Below are positions 52,700-64,000 of a DNA stretch of 64,000 bases, one piece after another (within the stretch, counting starts at the first letter, position 1; each line of letters opens with the position of its first letter). The translations under genes were made by a program, and so were the position numbers. The notes under the pieces were generated by a model. It did no database searches. It worked only from the letters and a program-made list of their open reading frames with translations, and had not been told where the DNA came from. The stretch lies in NCBI GenBank assembly GCA_015680685.1, contig MNCI01000721.1:478258-542257 (forward strand), in the 5' to 3' direction. Source of the DNA: Gnetum montanum (Eukaryota; Plantae; Gnetophyta).

Positions 52700-53791
52700 C
52701 TATCTCTACTTAAAGATCCTTGGATTATTAGAGGTGCATTTAATATGGTTAAAAGTAATGTAAATAAACTTGGCGGTCTTCCTCCTAATATGTCTTCTCA
52801 ATAAAAAGGAGATTAATGTAATTTCAAAGAAAAATATTTTCTTTTTGATGTTAGCTCTTTATTTTTATCCTATTTGAATAAGAAGCATTATACTTGGTAT
52901 AATTATCAATAAGGAAATGATAGATTTTACATCTCTAATGTTTTTTTTTTTTTTGGAAGCCTACAAGGAAAATAGAAGTGCATATAGATGCTACTTTATG
53001 AGATCATTTTCCTATTATCATTTTTCTCTCTAGTATTAGTTCTTCGTCCTTTTCAAGGCATGAGCTTTTTCGTATGAATGCTAATACATTCATAAGACCC
53101 AACGGGAAAAATATTTTAAAGTATTTATGAAAAATGTAGGAAAAAAACCTATTGGTACTATTGATTGGATTGACTAGTGGTAGCAAACTACTTATAGAGT
53201 CAAAAATTATGATTGATGATTTAGAAAGTAATTTGCTAAGTGTAAGCCTGAAATTGAAGAAGATCTTATAGAATCTCTAAAGAAAATGCAAATTCTTCTA
53301 GATCATAATCCCTTTGATTTTGAAAATCAAAAAGCCTTGGCTAAAGCTCGTTATCCTAAACAATGTTGGGATACTTTCAATGCTAAAAGTGCTCTCACTA
53401 AAAGTCACATGGGTTTGCTAAAAATTGAAGATGAACCTTACAATGAATTTTTTAAATTTATAAAAGAAATGGGTTAAGTACCTAAACTAGAATCACTTTA
53501 TATAAATGATTCTATCATTAAAAATCTTGAGACTATTAACAGTTTTCAAGAAAATCATTTTTCTTCTATTTTATCTTTTTTGAAGGTTTTAGCAAGGAAT
53601 CCTTCCATGCCTCTACTATACATATTCCTCATCATATAATAGAAGTGCATCAAAGTAGTCTTAAAGTAGAACTCAGAATAGGAAAAATCAAAGTAGCAAC
53701 CTTTAGTTTCACAAATGATAAAGCTCCATTATTTAATGGTTTTTCTATTGAATTTTTTAAGAAGCGTTGGAACATCATTGAAGATTATCTT
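52700..53791 (+). pseudogene. L1-type LINE ORF2 relic (endonuclease end to RT start), cut by element E
   Basis: WIIRGAFNMV (GGDFN), DRFYIS, DHFPI, FRMNA, DEPYNEFFK, DKAPLFNGFSIEFFKKRWNII. Confidence 0.8.
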
Positions 53792-55739
53792 TGATGAATC
53801 ATCGTTAGGTTGCATCAATGGGCATAAGTCAATGGATCCCCGTCGATGCATGATTTGATACATCGATGCATATGTGTCAATGTGGCATCTGTATGTGCCT
53901 ATATAAATGTGTGCACCCACTACATTTATGGCATCGGTTAGACAATAACTTAGATAAGTTCTTGCAGTTTCTTTCCACATAAGTTAGAATATTTTCTAAG
54001 TACCACAATAGGATTCCAAAATTGTATAGATCATTATTTGAGCACCAATGTACTTAGACACATTGATGTGATGGTAATAAAGAAGAGATTCTTGATATAC
54101 CTTGCAAACTTGGAAATAGATTAATGTTTACTTTTATGCAATTTACTATTCATGAACTTTACTTCCATGTTCTTAATTAATTAATGCACTTAATTAATAC
54201 ACATAAGTACGACCACCTCGATCATAACATTACCACTTGGTAATCCCAACAATGTTATCACTTAGTAATCCAGTAGCATTGTAATGTGTTCCAAATGTGT
54301 ACAAAAGGTGGTACTGAATACTTATGCTAGGAAGTAAGCTAAGACATTACTTAGTTACTTAGATTAATGCTTCATTAATTACTTTATTCCACAATTAGGA
54401 TAATTAGATAAAAATATAAAAATAATACAAATCATGTGCCTTGGCTTCACTTAACCATTTACTTGCACTTACACAAGTGTAGCCAAGAAGATAATGATTG
54501 CATCCTTAAGTCACTATCTTTGGCATTTAGAAAGCTAAAGTCCATGGAATTCAACCAAATCACTAGTGAACACTTGTGATTCATATGGTTAGACATAGGA
54601 TCTACTCTACAACTCATCATTGGCACCATTGTGAGGGATTTTAGTTAGATAAGTGCACTACCTAGGAAAGATAGTGAAATAATTCCTAAACATTGTAAAA
54701 GGAACTTAATGCTAACATCATTAAAAACAAAGAAAATAATAAAAGCATACTATTTTCTTAATCACTAGTATGGCTTCCTCTTATAGGGAAGACTCTCTAC
54801 CACCATTCATAAGTGAATCCAATCAACAACAATAAGAAGCCCACAAGACACCAGTTCCTGAACAATTTAACATGGTCTACACTCATCCAGATGACTACAC
54901 TTTGGACTTCACCTTCATCCTACACTAGGATGAGTAGTTGTGGTGGAGGAACATGGAAGGCAACATCGTGTTGTCTCCTGACTAATCTGTTCCTACAATG
55001 TTGTTGAACAATCTTATCAAACTGGGCATTATAGGACTCAATTCTAAGTACGAAGTGCAAGATCATGCTTACCAGGATTATCATTTCACAAAAGCACAAA
55101 AAAGGAAGGATCAATAAATGGAAGCCTGATATGAGGTCACAAAATGTAAGCAATTCCCTACACACTTGTTCTTGTCAAAACACAAAGAAGGTAAGGACTT
55201 CTTTTTAGGGACATCTCAAAACACTGATTCTCCTACTCTCTTTGAAGAGAAGACCCGTAACCAACATTTCTAGTCCACTGTGAACAAACCTAGTTCTAGG
55301 AAGAGTGGATTCCAAGATCAGAGGACCTCAAAAGAGGGTAGCCAAGGTAGGAATGAAGACAAGCATCAAGAAGAGAACGAACATGATGAATAGGGTAAGG
55401 ACCAAAGAAGGGGGAGCAATAGGCACCATTGTGATGCTGGTTCTCCTCCCTCTTCACCTTCTTCATTTTCATCATCTTCCTTCTCCAACTCCAATCGAAG
55501 TCGCAAAGGTAGCAAAAACCATGATGGAGGTGAAGAGTGGGATAAGGATGATCACAGATCCCACCGTAATGACAACAACTGTGTGCATGAGCAATGGGAA
55601 GATGATTAGAGCAAAAAAAGAAGGGACAACAAGACTCATGATAGGCATTGTGGCCATAAAGGGGCCACTAAGACCACTATGACTATGATGAATCCTTGCG
55701 GGCAATAAAAACATGCTAAACAATGTAGAGGTTATAAGA

Positions 55740-58700
55740 ATACCAACTAGGCACATGAAGAATAGCCAAATCAATTAGTTGAATATGAATAATATCCCCA
55801 AGTTTGAAGGGGGATATAATTTAGATCGACAAAACTACTTACAAGTCTTTCATGATGCTTGTGTGTTGCAGAACATGGAGAACAACTAGAAAAAGCTAAA
55901 ATTGTTCCCACGGACACTCATCGAAGAAGTTGAAAGTTGGTACCGATCTTTGGAACTAGAATCTATTCGAAGATGGAGTATGATGCTTGAATTGTTCAAT
56001 GAAAAATATCAGATGTACTCCAAAATGTCCAACCTGAGAAGGTAAATCCAAAGATGGAAACAAGACACTCATGAATCCTTGGATGCAACCTTGGGCAAGT
56101 ACTACTACTTGTTGCATTGATGCATAGGTCATGGCTATTCTCAAATGGATTAGCTATGCAACATCATAGATGGACTCTAAACTAAAACAAGGAGAACTCT
56201 TAGGGTCTATGCCCAAGAAAGGCTATTGGAGCTAAGGGTCCATTAAATCCAAAGGCTCATTGAGTAGGTAGCTAAGGAAGAAGATGAACTAAAAAAATGA
56301 GAAAGTATAGAGGAGTATAATAGGTATGCCTCTCTTTATAAGAGGAAAGTTTGATTCTATAACAATAAGAAGGAGGCACCACTTGATGAAGTGGTACAAT
56401 GGAAAACCTTGCCGATACAAAAATATACCTCTGAAATATCTGTCAAGGTTGATAAAATGCAAGAATCCTTGGATGAACAATTGCAAATTGCTTTGAAAAT
56501 CATAGAAGAGAGTAAAGATCAAAAAGGTAGTGATCATGATAGAAGGAAGAAAAAGGAAGCTAAACATTGTAGTGACCAAAAACATTGGAGGCTTGAATGG
56601 GACACCAAGAGGTCTGCAGCCGCATAGTCTTGACCTCGCTCCCGTGCAAGGACCTACTGGAAAATGGAAGCAGGGTGCTCGAAACAGTCTTGTCAATCAA
56701 ACTGGGACTTACCAGTGTTATAAAAAAATGTGTTTTAAGGTGTTTATGTAGTGTCCGCGATGCTCGCGAGGGTGAGCGTAGTCAAAGTTATAAGTGTGAA
56801 ACAAAGGTGAAAATGTGCAAACAAACATATGAATAGTGAGAATGTAAGTAAAATGCCGTGAACTTGTGGATAATGTAAAACATGCATAGAATGTGAGCTA
56901 AAGGGAAGATGGCACTACCTCAAATGGGAGAGCCTAGTCAACTATAAAGAAGAGGTGAGGAGGTACATAGTGTACAAATAGGCATAGTAGGTAGTGTAGT
57001 CATAGTCTCAAACTGTTTGGCTATGAAGATTGACATCCATTGTGGAGTCTAAGCCTACCAAGTTGGTTGCCACAATGTCCTCTAAGCTTTAGCGATGTGT
57101 GGTGTGTTGGGTGGCATTCAACGATGTCCACCAAGGTCCTGAAGTTTGCCAAAGTGCTAAGTGTGCTTGGGTGCAAGGGTGCTTTGCTAGTTGAGTATTT
57201 GAAAATGCCAATTAGAATGTCAAAATGCCAACCACTAAAACATGAGAAGGAAGGGTATTTATAGGGCTAGGGTTAGTGTGAATCGTGGATCGGGTGCCAC
57301 GTGGCAAAGGGATAGTTGGGACTATGCTGACCCCAACTGTGGTCCCACTAAAGCAAAGTGGTGTGCTACTGGTATGCTCTAACGGGCCCTATAAAACTAC
57401 CAGACTGTGACTACACTACCAAGACTGTATGTAAGAGTGTTGAATAGACTGCAAAGTACCTACAAATAGTGCAAAATAGTATAGTTTGGGAGACTATGCT
57501 CCAGGACTACACTGCCACTTTTTTAAGTGGTGTCAAGCATAGGTACAGTTTGGGGGCAAATGGGGGATGCAAATGAAATGCAAATTGCTAATCTTGCTTG
57601 CTGAAGAAATGTTGAAGCCAAGATGTTAGCTAGTGCTGAGTTCTAGAAGCTTCTGGAGGCAGTTCTGTGTGGCTATGCTAGCTACACTCTAGAGCGTAGC
57701 CTAAGGGATTAGGCAAATTTGGCAAAAAAGGTGAATTTTTAGTGCTGGCTACATTGACTACACTCTGGAGCGTAGTCCAAATAGGGAGAGCATAGCCCAA
57801 ACACTTAGAAAAATCTTGCAAAATTAATGCCTGCATGTAGACTACACTAGCTATGCTCTAGAGCGTAGCAAGGAGCATAGCACCAGGGGTTAGAAAATCT
57901 ACTAAACTATTTCATCCATCCCATACATGCTCAGCAGCATCTAGCTTGACACTTTGGAAAAACTTACAAACTAGTCGTTCCAAGGCTAACTATGCTGGCT
58001 ATGCTCTAAAGCGTAGTCCCAGTAGGATGAGCATAGCCAGAACACTTAGAAAAAATTTGCAGCTACTATTGTCACTTAGAAAAATTTTGTAGATCTAAAC
58101 TGTTAGTGTCAACTACACTGACTACACTCTAGAGCGTAGTCCCAACAATGGGAGCATAGCCTCAACACTTAGACAAAATTTACCAAGTTTTGACACTTAG
58201 CCAAATTTTCAGTTGAGACCCAGGAGCTCCAAATTTGGTGGTGTTTTAAACATGACCATTATAAGGATAATGGCAAGACTATAGGAGTTAAGGAGATTGC
58301 AGATTTCAAGTTAGATGATGATGGTTGTGATATATGCCATTATAAACATCCCAAGTGATGTTACCCTCTGGTATCACACTTGTAGGAATCTGGGGTGTAT
58401 GCTTTGAATCCAAAATTGGCAAAATGGCAAGCACCCAAGAGGTTGCCTTATCCACAAGACAACTACCAATAATAGTTCCACCACCAAACTTACTATTCAA
58501 GTGGAGCGCCACTGTAACCTCATGAGTAATATCAATAGTGGCTACACCCATAGTCATGGGGGATGTTACCTCCAAGGCAATGGTATCCTTACCGTCAACC
58601 TAATCCTTATAGGTACTATGTTCAACAACCCATTTCTCCATGTGACTCTTCCAGTCACGTTTCCTTCCAACAATACTACTACCCTCCTAAATATTATAGA

Positions 58701-60799
58701 GCACCATCACCAAGGGAGTAGTCTTCATTTCCTTACTTTCCTCCTCCTTATTCTACCACTCTCGCACCTCCAACTAAAACTCCTCTTCCACCTACACCAT
58801 ATATGCAAGGTAAGATCCTAGCACAGCCACAGCAAAGAAATGCCACAAGGGTTGTAAACTTACAACCAGCTCCTCAACTGAGTGGTTTTGATGCTAAGCC
58901 ATGCAAAAGATCCTTTTTTAGAACCAACAGCCCCACAAAGCCCTCATAGATACATGTGGTTGTGAACCCTACTCCTACCTCCTCTGCAATACTTATTGAA
59001 CCCCCTTCAAACCAAAACACTCCCTAGCTACATATCATCATGTTGATCCCTGAGGTTACTAATTGGATTAAGATTAATCATCTTCCTAGGAAGAAATCTG
59101 ATCTTGAGAGTCCCCTTATTTATTTGTAGATTGCTAAAAATGAACCTTGTAAAGCTCTTTTGGACTTAGGTTCTTGATTCAACTTGATTTTACAGGAAAT
59201 GTACAAAGCTTGGAACCTATCTTCTCTGAGAAAAAGTAATATCAGGCTGGAACTGGTAGACCAATTCATCACTATCTCTTTGGGATTGGTTAAGGACATC
59301 ATGACCACCATTTGTGGGTGGTCATATCCTACTAATTTCTTGGTGATACATGTGAAGAATGCTAAGGGAGACTTCCCTATCATCATAGGAAGAGCATGGC
59401 TAAGTATAATTAATGCACATTTGGGGATTCAATATCTCTCCTTGAAAATTTCCAAGGAGAACAAGTTCGGCAAGATTGACAAAAAGTGTGCTCCATGCAT
59501 TGTGTATAGTGACATAGGATGCCACTACATGCAAAGACTATGGACTATAAAGAGTACATTCCTTAAAGCATGTAGTAAGTATGCTAATGTCACTAAAATC
59601 CAAAGGTGCCTATACACAGCAACCACTAAGCAGGAGGGCACCCAGTGTCTAATAATAGAAAAAGAGGATGACTCGTCAATGTGCATGGAACTAGTTAAGA
59701 GCCTCACAAGCTCTTATGTGGAGAGCATGGATCAACTAGATCAGATCCGTCACTAACTCTCTATTGAACAAGGAGAAATCAATTGGGGAGAGTTGGAGAT
59801 CCCAGAGACATTCAAGAAAGAGCCCCTTCAAATGAAGGCTTTACTAGCAGGCATAGAGTATGCCTTCTTAAACAATGGTAAGCCAATCATCATCAATGTC
59901 ACACTTACTCGTGAACAAAAGAAGAAGTTACTAGAAGTTATAAACAAATGGCAACCATCCTTTACTTTTTCATATCATTAGCTAACTAGAATAGATCCAA
60001 AGATATGCCAACATAGAATCTATAGAAGCCCCTCCATCAAACCAAAAAGGTAGTCGCAGAAATACGTGAGCCCCAAGCTCAAGTAGATCATCAAAAAGGA
60101 GATTGAACAACTCCTCAAGGCAAGGTTTATTTATCTCATTGCAGATAGCAAGTGGATTAGCCCACTCGTTATAATGCCAAAGCAAGGAGGGAAGTGGAGA
60201 GTCTGTATTGATTTTAGGCTGTTGAACATGGCTACACATAAAGATCACTTTCCTTTGTCATTTTTCAACTAGGTATTAGATACAATCATAGGGCATTGCT
60301 CTTATAGTTTTCTGGATAGCTATAGTGGCTATAACCAAATCTAGATTATGCCATAGGACCAAGCCAAAACAACATTTACAAGTCCCTAGGGAACTTTTGC
60401 ATACAAGAAAATGCCTTTTGGCCTATGCAATGCTCCTACTACTTTCCAACATTTGGTCCTTAGCATCTTCCAACATCAAATTAGTAGTAGGGTGGAAGTC
60501 TTCATGGATGGCTGCTCCACCTATGAGGCTACTTTTGATCAAGTCTTGGACTATTTGGAGCAAGTGCTTTAACAATGTGTGGAGACGAACCTAAGGCTTA
60601 AGTGGTAAAAGAGCCATCTAATGGTCCAAGAGAGCATTATCCAAAGGGGATCAAGGTAGACCCAAAAAAAGTAAGGATCATCCAAGGAATTATAAGGAAA
60701 CCAGAGACTATCAAAGATATGTGGTCATTCCTTGGACACATTGGTTACTATAGCCTTTATCTAGAACTTCTCAAAGATCACCAAATCATTGGTGGAGTT
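55740..60799 (+). pseudogene. Element E gag-PR-RT, degenerate, split by the solo LTR at 56568-58248
   Basis: NIPKFEGGYNLDRQNYLQVFHDAC; KALLDLGS*FNLI, PIIIGRAWL; WISPLVIMPKQGGKWRVCIDFRLLN, KDHFPL, FLDSYSGYNQI, MPFGLCNAP, VEVFMDG, WSFLGHIGYY. Confidence 0.92.
56568..58248 (-). mobile_element. Solo LTR (1681 bp) of a Tat family related to B
   Basis: TSD AACAT (56563-56567 / 58249-58253); TGTAGT...GGTGTTTTA termini like B and the element at 60800; internal ctacactctagagcgtag hairpin repeats at ~57680-58160. Confidence 0.88.
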
Positions 60800-61299
60800 T
60801 GTAACGACAGAAAACGTCGGCAGCTGGAAATACCGACCGATAGTTCCGGCGTACACAGTTTTAGCCATAGATCCGCGCGAGGGCTATGCTGGAGAAAATG
60901 AATCCGCGGCGCCCTGAACGGTCTTGTCGATCAGACAGGGACTTACGGGTCAGTAAAATGATGAGAATTACGCGGAGAGAAAGCGATCTATTTCGAAGAA
61001 TGGTAAAACGAGGGGAAAACGATGTAGTTGGATTGCAACGGCGATAATGCTAAACACGATAAGAAGAGGAGGCTGGCAAAAGGGAAACACGTAGCTTCAA
61101 GATCTGCGCTTTGATTTACAAATGTATATTTCGTATGAGAAATTACACTGGGGAATCCCCGATTACAGGATGTGAAACAAGCATAGAACAACAAGCAAAA
61201 CGGTTTAAACAGAAGTCCGATCTACCTCGTGGGCTAAGCTGAGATGCAAGGCGGGCCAAGCTTTGACGTCTACCGATCAACTATTTCTGATTGATAGAG

Positions 61300-62008
61300 N
61301 NNNNNNNNNNNNNNNNNNNNNNNNNNNNNNNNNNNNNNNNNNNNNNNNNNNNNNNNNNNNNNNNNNNNNNNNNNNNNNNNNNNNNNNNNNNNNNNNNNNN
61401 NNNNNNNNNNNNNNNNNNNNNNNNNNNNNNNNNNNNNNNNNNNNNNNNNNNNNNNNNNNNNNNNNNNNNNNNNNNNNNNNNNNNNNNNNNNNNNNNNNNN
61501 NNNNNNNNNNNNNNNNNNNNNNNNNNNNNNNNNNNNNNNNNNNNNNNNNNNNNNNNNNNNNNNNNNNNNNNNNNNNNNNNNNNNNNNNNNNNNNNNNNNN
61601 NNNNNNNNNNNNNNNNNNNNNNNNNNNNNNNNNNNNNNNNNNNNNNNNNNNNNNNNNNNNNNNNNNNNNNNNNNNNNNNNNNNNNNNNNNNNNNNNNNNN
61701 NNNNNNNNNNNNNNNNNNNNNNNNNNNNNNNNNNNNNNNNNNNNNNNNNNNNNNNNNNNNNNNNNNNNNNNNNNNNNNNNNNNNNNNNNNNNNNNNNNNN
61801 NNNNNNNNNNNNNNNNNNNNNNNNNNNNNNNNNNNNNNNNNNNNNNNNNNNNNNNNNNNNNNNNNNNNNNNNNNNNNNNNNNNNNNNNNNNNNNNNNNNN
61901 NNNNNNNNNNNNNNNNNNNNNNNNNNNNNNNNNNNNNNNNNNNNNNNNNNNNNNNNNNNNNNNNNNNNNNNNNNNNNNNNNNNNNNNNNNNNNNNNNNNN
62001 NNNNNNNN
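61300..62008. other. Assembly gap (N run)
   Basis: Run of n. Confidence 1.
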
Positions 62009-62210
62009 TTACGCTCACTACGCAGCTGTGCGTAACCGTGCATAAATAATGTGTCATTTACGCTCACTACGCAGCCGCGCGTGATGAAGCGCAAACAATG
62101 TGCAACTTACGCTCACTACGCAGCAGCGCGTGATGAAGCGTAAACAATGTGCAACTTACGCTCACTACGCAGCCATGCGTGATGAAGCGTAAACAATGTG
62201 CAGCTTAAAT
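62009..62210. repeat. ~49-bp tandem repeat in the young LTR
   Basis: ttacgctcactacgcagc..gcgtgatgaagcg.aaacaatgtgcaac, about four copies abutting the gap. Confidence 0.9.
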
Positions 62211-63308
62211 GATGACGTACGTAATGGCATGCACCGCCGCTTAACAAGCGTAAATACACATTACTCCTGCATTGCAAGAAAAAGTGTTGAACTGTTGTGC
62301 TTCGCTGGCCTTTGACTATTTTGGAGCTTATCACGCTCATTACGCTGCCGTGCGTAATAGAGCGTAAACTTGTCCTTGAACGAAAAGACTTAGCAGAACA
62401 CACAGGAAATCACATATTACGCTGCTTAGGCTTTTCTCTATGCTGGAGCAACTATCTTTTTGATGCTAGGCTACCTCGAAACATCTATCACGCTGAGCGT
62501 CATTATGTTATGTCGCGTGATATAGGGTGAACAGCAGAATTTGATGTTGCTCGCTTCCCCTGACTCGCAATTTTTAACGGTGTTTCAATGGCCCCTCTTT
62601 GTGGACGGTTGGAGGGCTTACCCGAAAGCCGTCGACAAAGAATACGAAACACCGGAGCGGTAGAAGCAAAACAGCGTAGCTCCATGGCCACTCAAGCATT
62701 GCTCTGTCCATGTGAAAGAGGAAGACTGACGGGTACCGGAGGTAAAGGGATGTAACTGGAAACAGGTTCGGGGAAGAAATGTACGTTTATTCATGTCAAC
62801 AGGAATGCTTTCAGACGAGCGTAGCGCGTCGATCTGAGATGTCTCTGTTACAAATTGTAGCAGGAATGCGTGCAAAAGGAGCGTTGTGCATCACTTTTGC
62901 GATGTCTCTGCTAGCGTGAATGTGGAAGATGAATACTTGTGTATGTAGGTGTTGCGTATGGGTACCGGGTGGTGGGGATGAAGGAGATAAGAGCTAAGGG
63001 TAGGATTGTGCGAGGTATGGACATGCAGGGCCAAGTGGTCAGGCAAACCTGAGTAGCCATTTCAACACGCTGTTGTACTTCACCGCTCAGGCGGATGCAC
63101 CTTTGGACAACATCCTTCGAGGCAGGCAACCTGCAACCACAAAAGAAAGCAGAGGACACCATTGCTCATGAACAAGAGGCGAGGTGCTTGAAACAAACAC
63201 CGTTTGATGTGGGGTAGAGCGCATGAGCTGTAAAGAAGGGGCCGGAGCACTCGGGCGGAGCCGCCAATCCTGACGATCGGCGCTGCATACCTTCGCCAAA
63301 TGGCATCA

Positions 63309-63790
63309 NNNNNNNNNNNNNNNNNNNNNNNNNNNNNNNNNNNNNNNNNNNNNNNNNNNNNNNNNNNNNNNNNNNNNNNNNNNNNNNNNNNNNNNNNNNN
63401 NNNNNNNNNNNNNNNNNNNNNNNNNNNNNNNNNNNNNNNNNNNNNNNNNNNNNNNNNNNNNNNNNNNNNNNNNNNNNNNNNNNNNNNNNNNNNNNNNNNN
63501 NNNNNNNNNNNNNNNNNNNNNNNNNNNNNNNNNNNNNNNNNNNNNNNNNNNNNNNNNNNNNNNNNNNNNNNNNNNNNNNNNNNNNNNNNNNNNNNNNNNN
63601 NNNNNNNNNNNNNNNNNNNNNNNNNNNNNNNNNNNNNNNNNNNNNNNNNNNNNNNNNNNNNNNNNNNNNNNNNNNNNNNNNNNNNNNNNNNNNNNNNNNN
63701 NNNNNNNNNNNNNNNNNNNNNNNNNNNNNNNNNNNNNNNNNNNNNNNNNNNNNNNNNNNNNNNNNNNNNNNNNNNNNNNNNNNNNNNNNN
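63309..63790. other. Assembly gap (N run)
   Basis: Run of n. Confidence 1.
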
Positions 63791-63806
63791 GGACGCGTGC
63801 AAAAGA

Positions 63807-64000
63807 TGCCAGTTTTTCGTCTTGGCGGACCTGTTCAACAGTGCCAGTTTTACGTCGTAGCGGACGGTCACCATTTACCAGTTTAGCGTCGTGGCGAATG
63901 CGTGCAAGGCATGCCAGTTTGACGTCGTAGCGGACGGTCCGTGCCAGTTTTACGTCGTAGCGGACGTTCAGTGCTAGTTTCACGTCGTAGCGGACGTTCA
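63807..64000. repeat. ~30-bp tandem repeat gtgccagttttacgtcgtagcggacg(g/t)tca
   Basis: About six copies next to the gap and the window end. Confidence 0.9.

Larger units (their letters stand above)
53792..60799 (+). mobile_element. Element E: Athila-like Ty3/gypsy related to A; 5' LTR 53792-54619; interrupted at 60800
   Basis: TGATGAA...CTCATCA LTR; PBS tggcaccattgtgaggga at 54621; gag, PR and RT homologous to A. Confidence 0.88.
60800..64000 (-). mobile_element. Young CpG-rich Tat element related to B: 3' LTR 60800-62587 plus 3' internal region; continues right of the window
   Basis: Starts TGTAACG in the middle of E's pol; first ~150 bp homologous to B's LTR end; ggtgtttca|atggcccctctttg is identical to B's LTR/PPT junction. 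Confidence 0.85.

Noticed and set aside
61263-63983. Long ORFs (186-274 aa) in the ORF track
   Set aside because: They are artefacts of reading through N runs.
60800-64000. Bacterial contamination or horizontal transfer suggested by the GC/CpG jump
   Set aside because: The LTR terminus, PPT and 30-bp motif are homologous to resident element B, and the junction is a clean TG start inside E's pol.

Overview
Gene-free, AT-rich, CpG/CHG-depleted land-plant heterochromatin made almost entirely of nested, mostly decayed retrotransposons. From left to right: (i) the end of a young Athila-like LTR (1-271, -); (ii) an internally deleted Ty1/copia element (4055-~5985); (iii) a full-length Athila-like Ty3/gypsy element A (6141-50880, +) with a young solo LTR in its integrase and a 3' extra ORF; (iv) a 30.6-kb Tat/Ogre-type element B (20231-50840, -) inserted in A's 3' LTR. 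B holds a solo LTR in its integrase, a ~10-kb spacer between protease and RT that carries a ~185-bp hairpin array and an antisense 7-8-exon accessory gene, and a non-autonomous element C (36386-43802) whose two ~2.7-kb LTRs each carry an intronless alternative oxidase (AOX) fragment; (v) two LINE relics; (vi) a second Athila-like element E (53792-60799), interrupted by a Tat solo LTR and by a young, CpG-rich Tat element running off the window through two assembly gaps. No intact host gene was found. The most novel signals are the spliced antisense accessory gene with its motif array inside the PR-RT spacer, and the AOX cDNA capture in LTR U3. All alignments and translations were done by eye.
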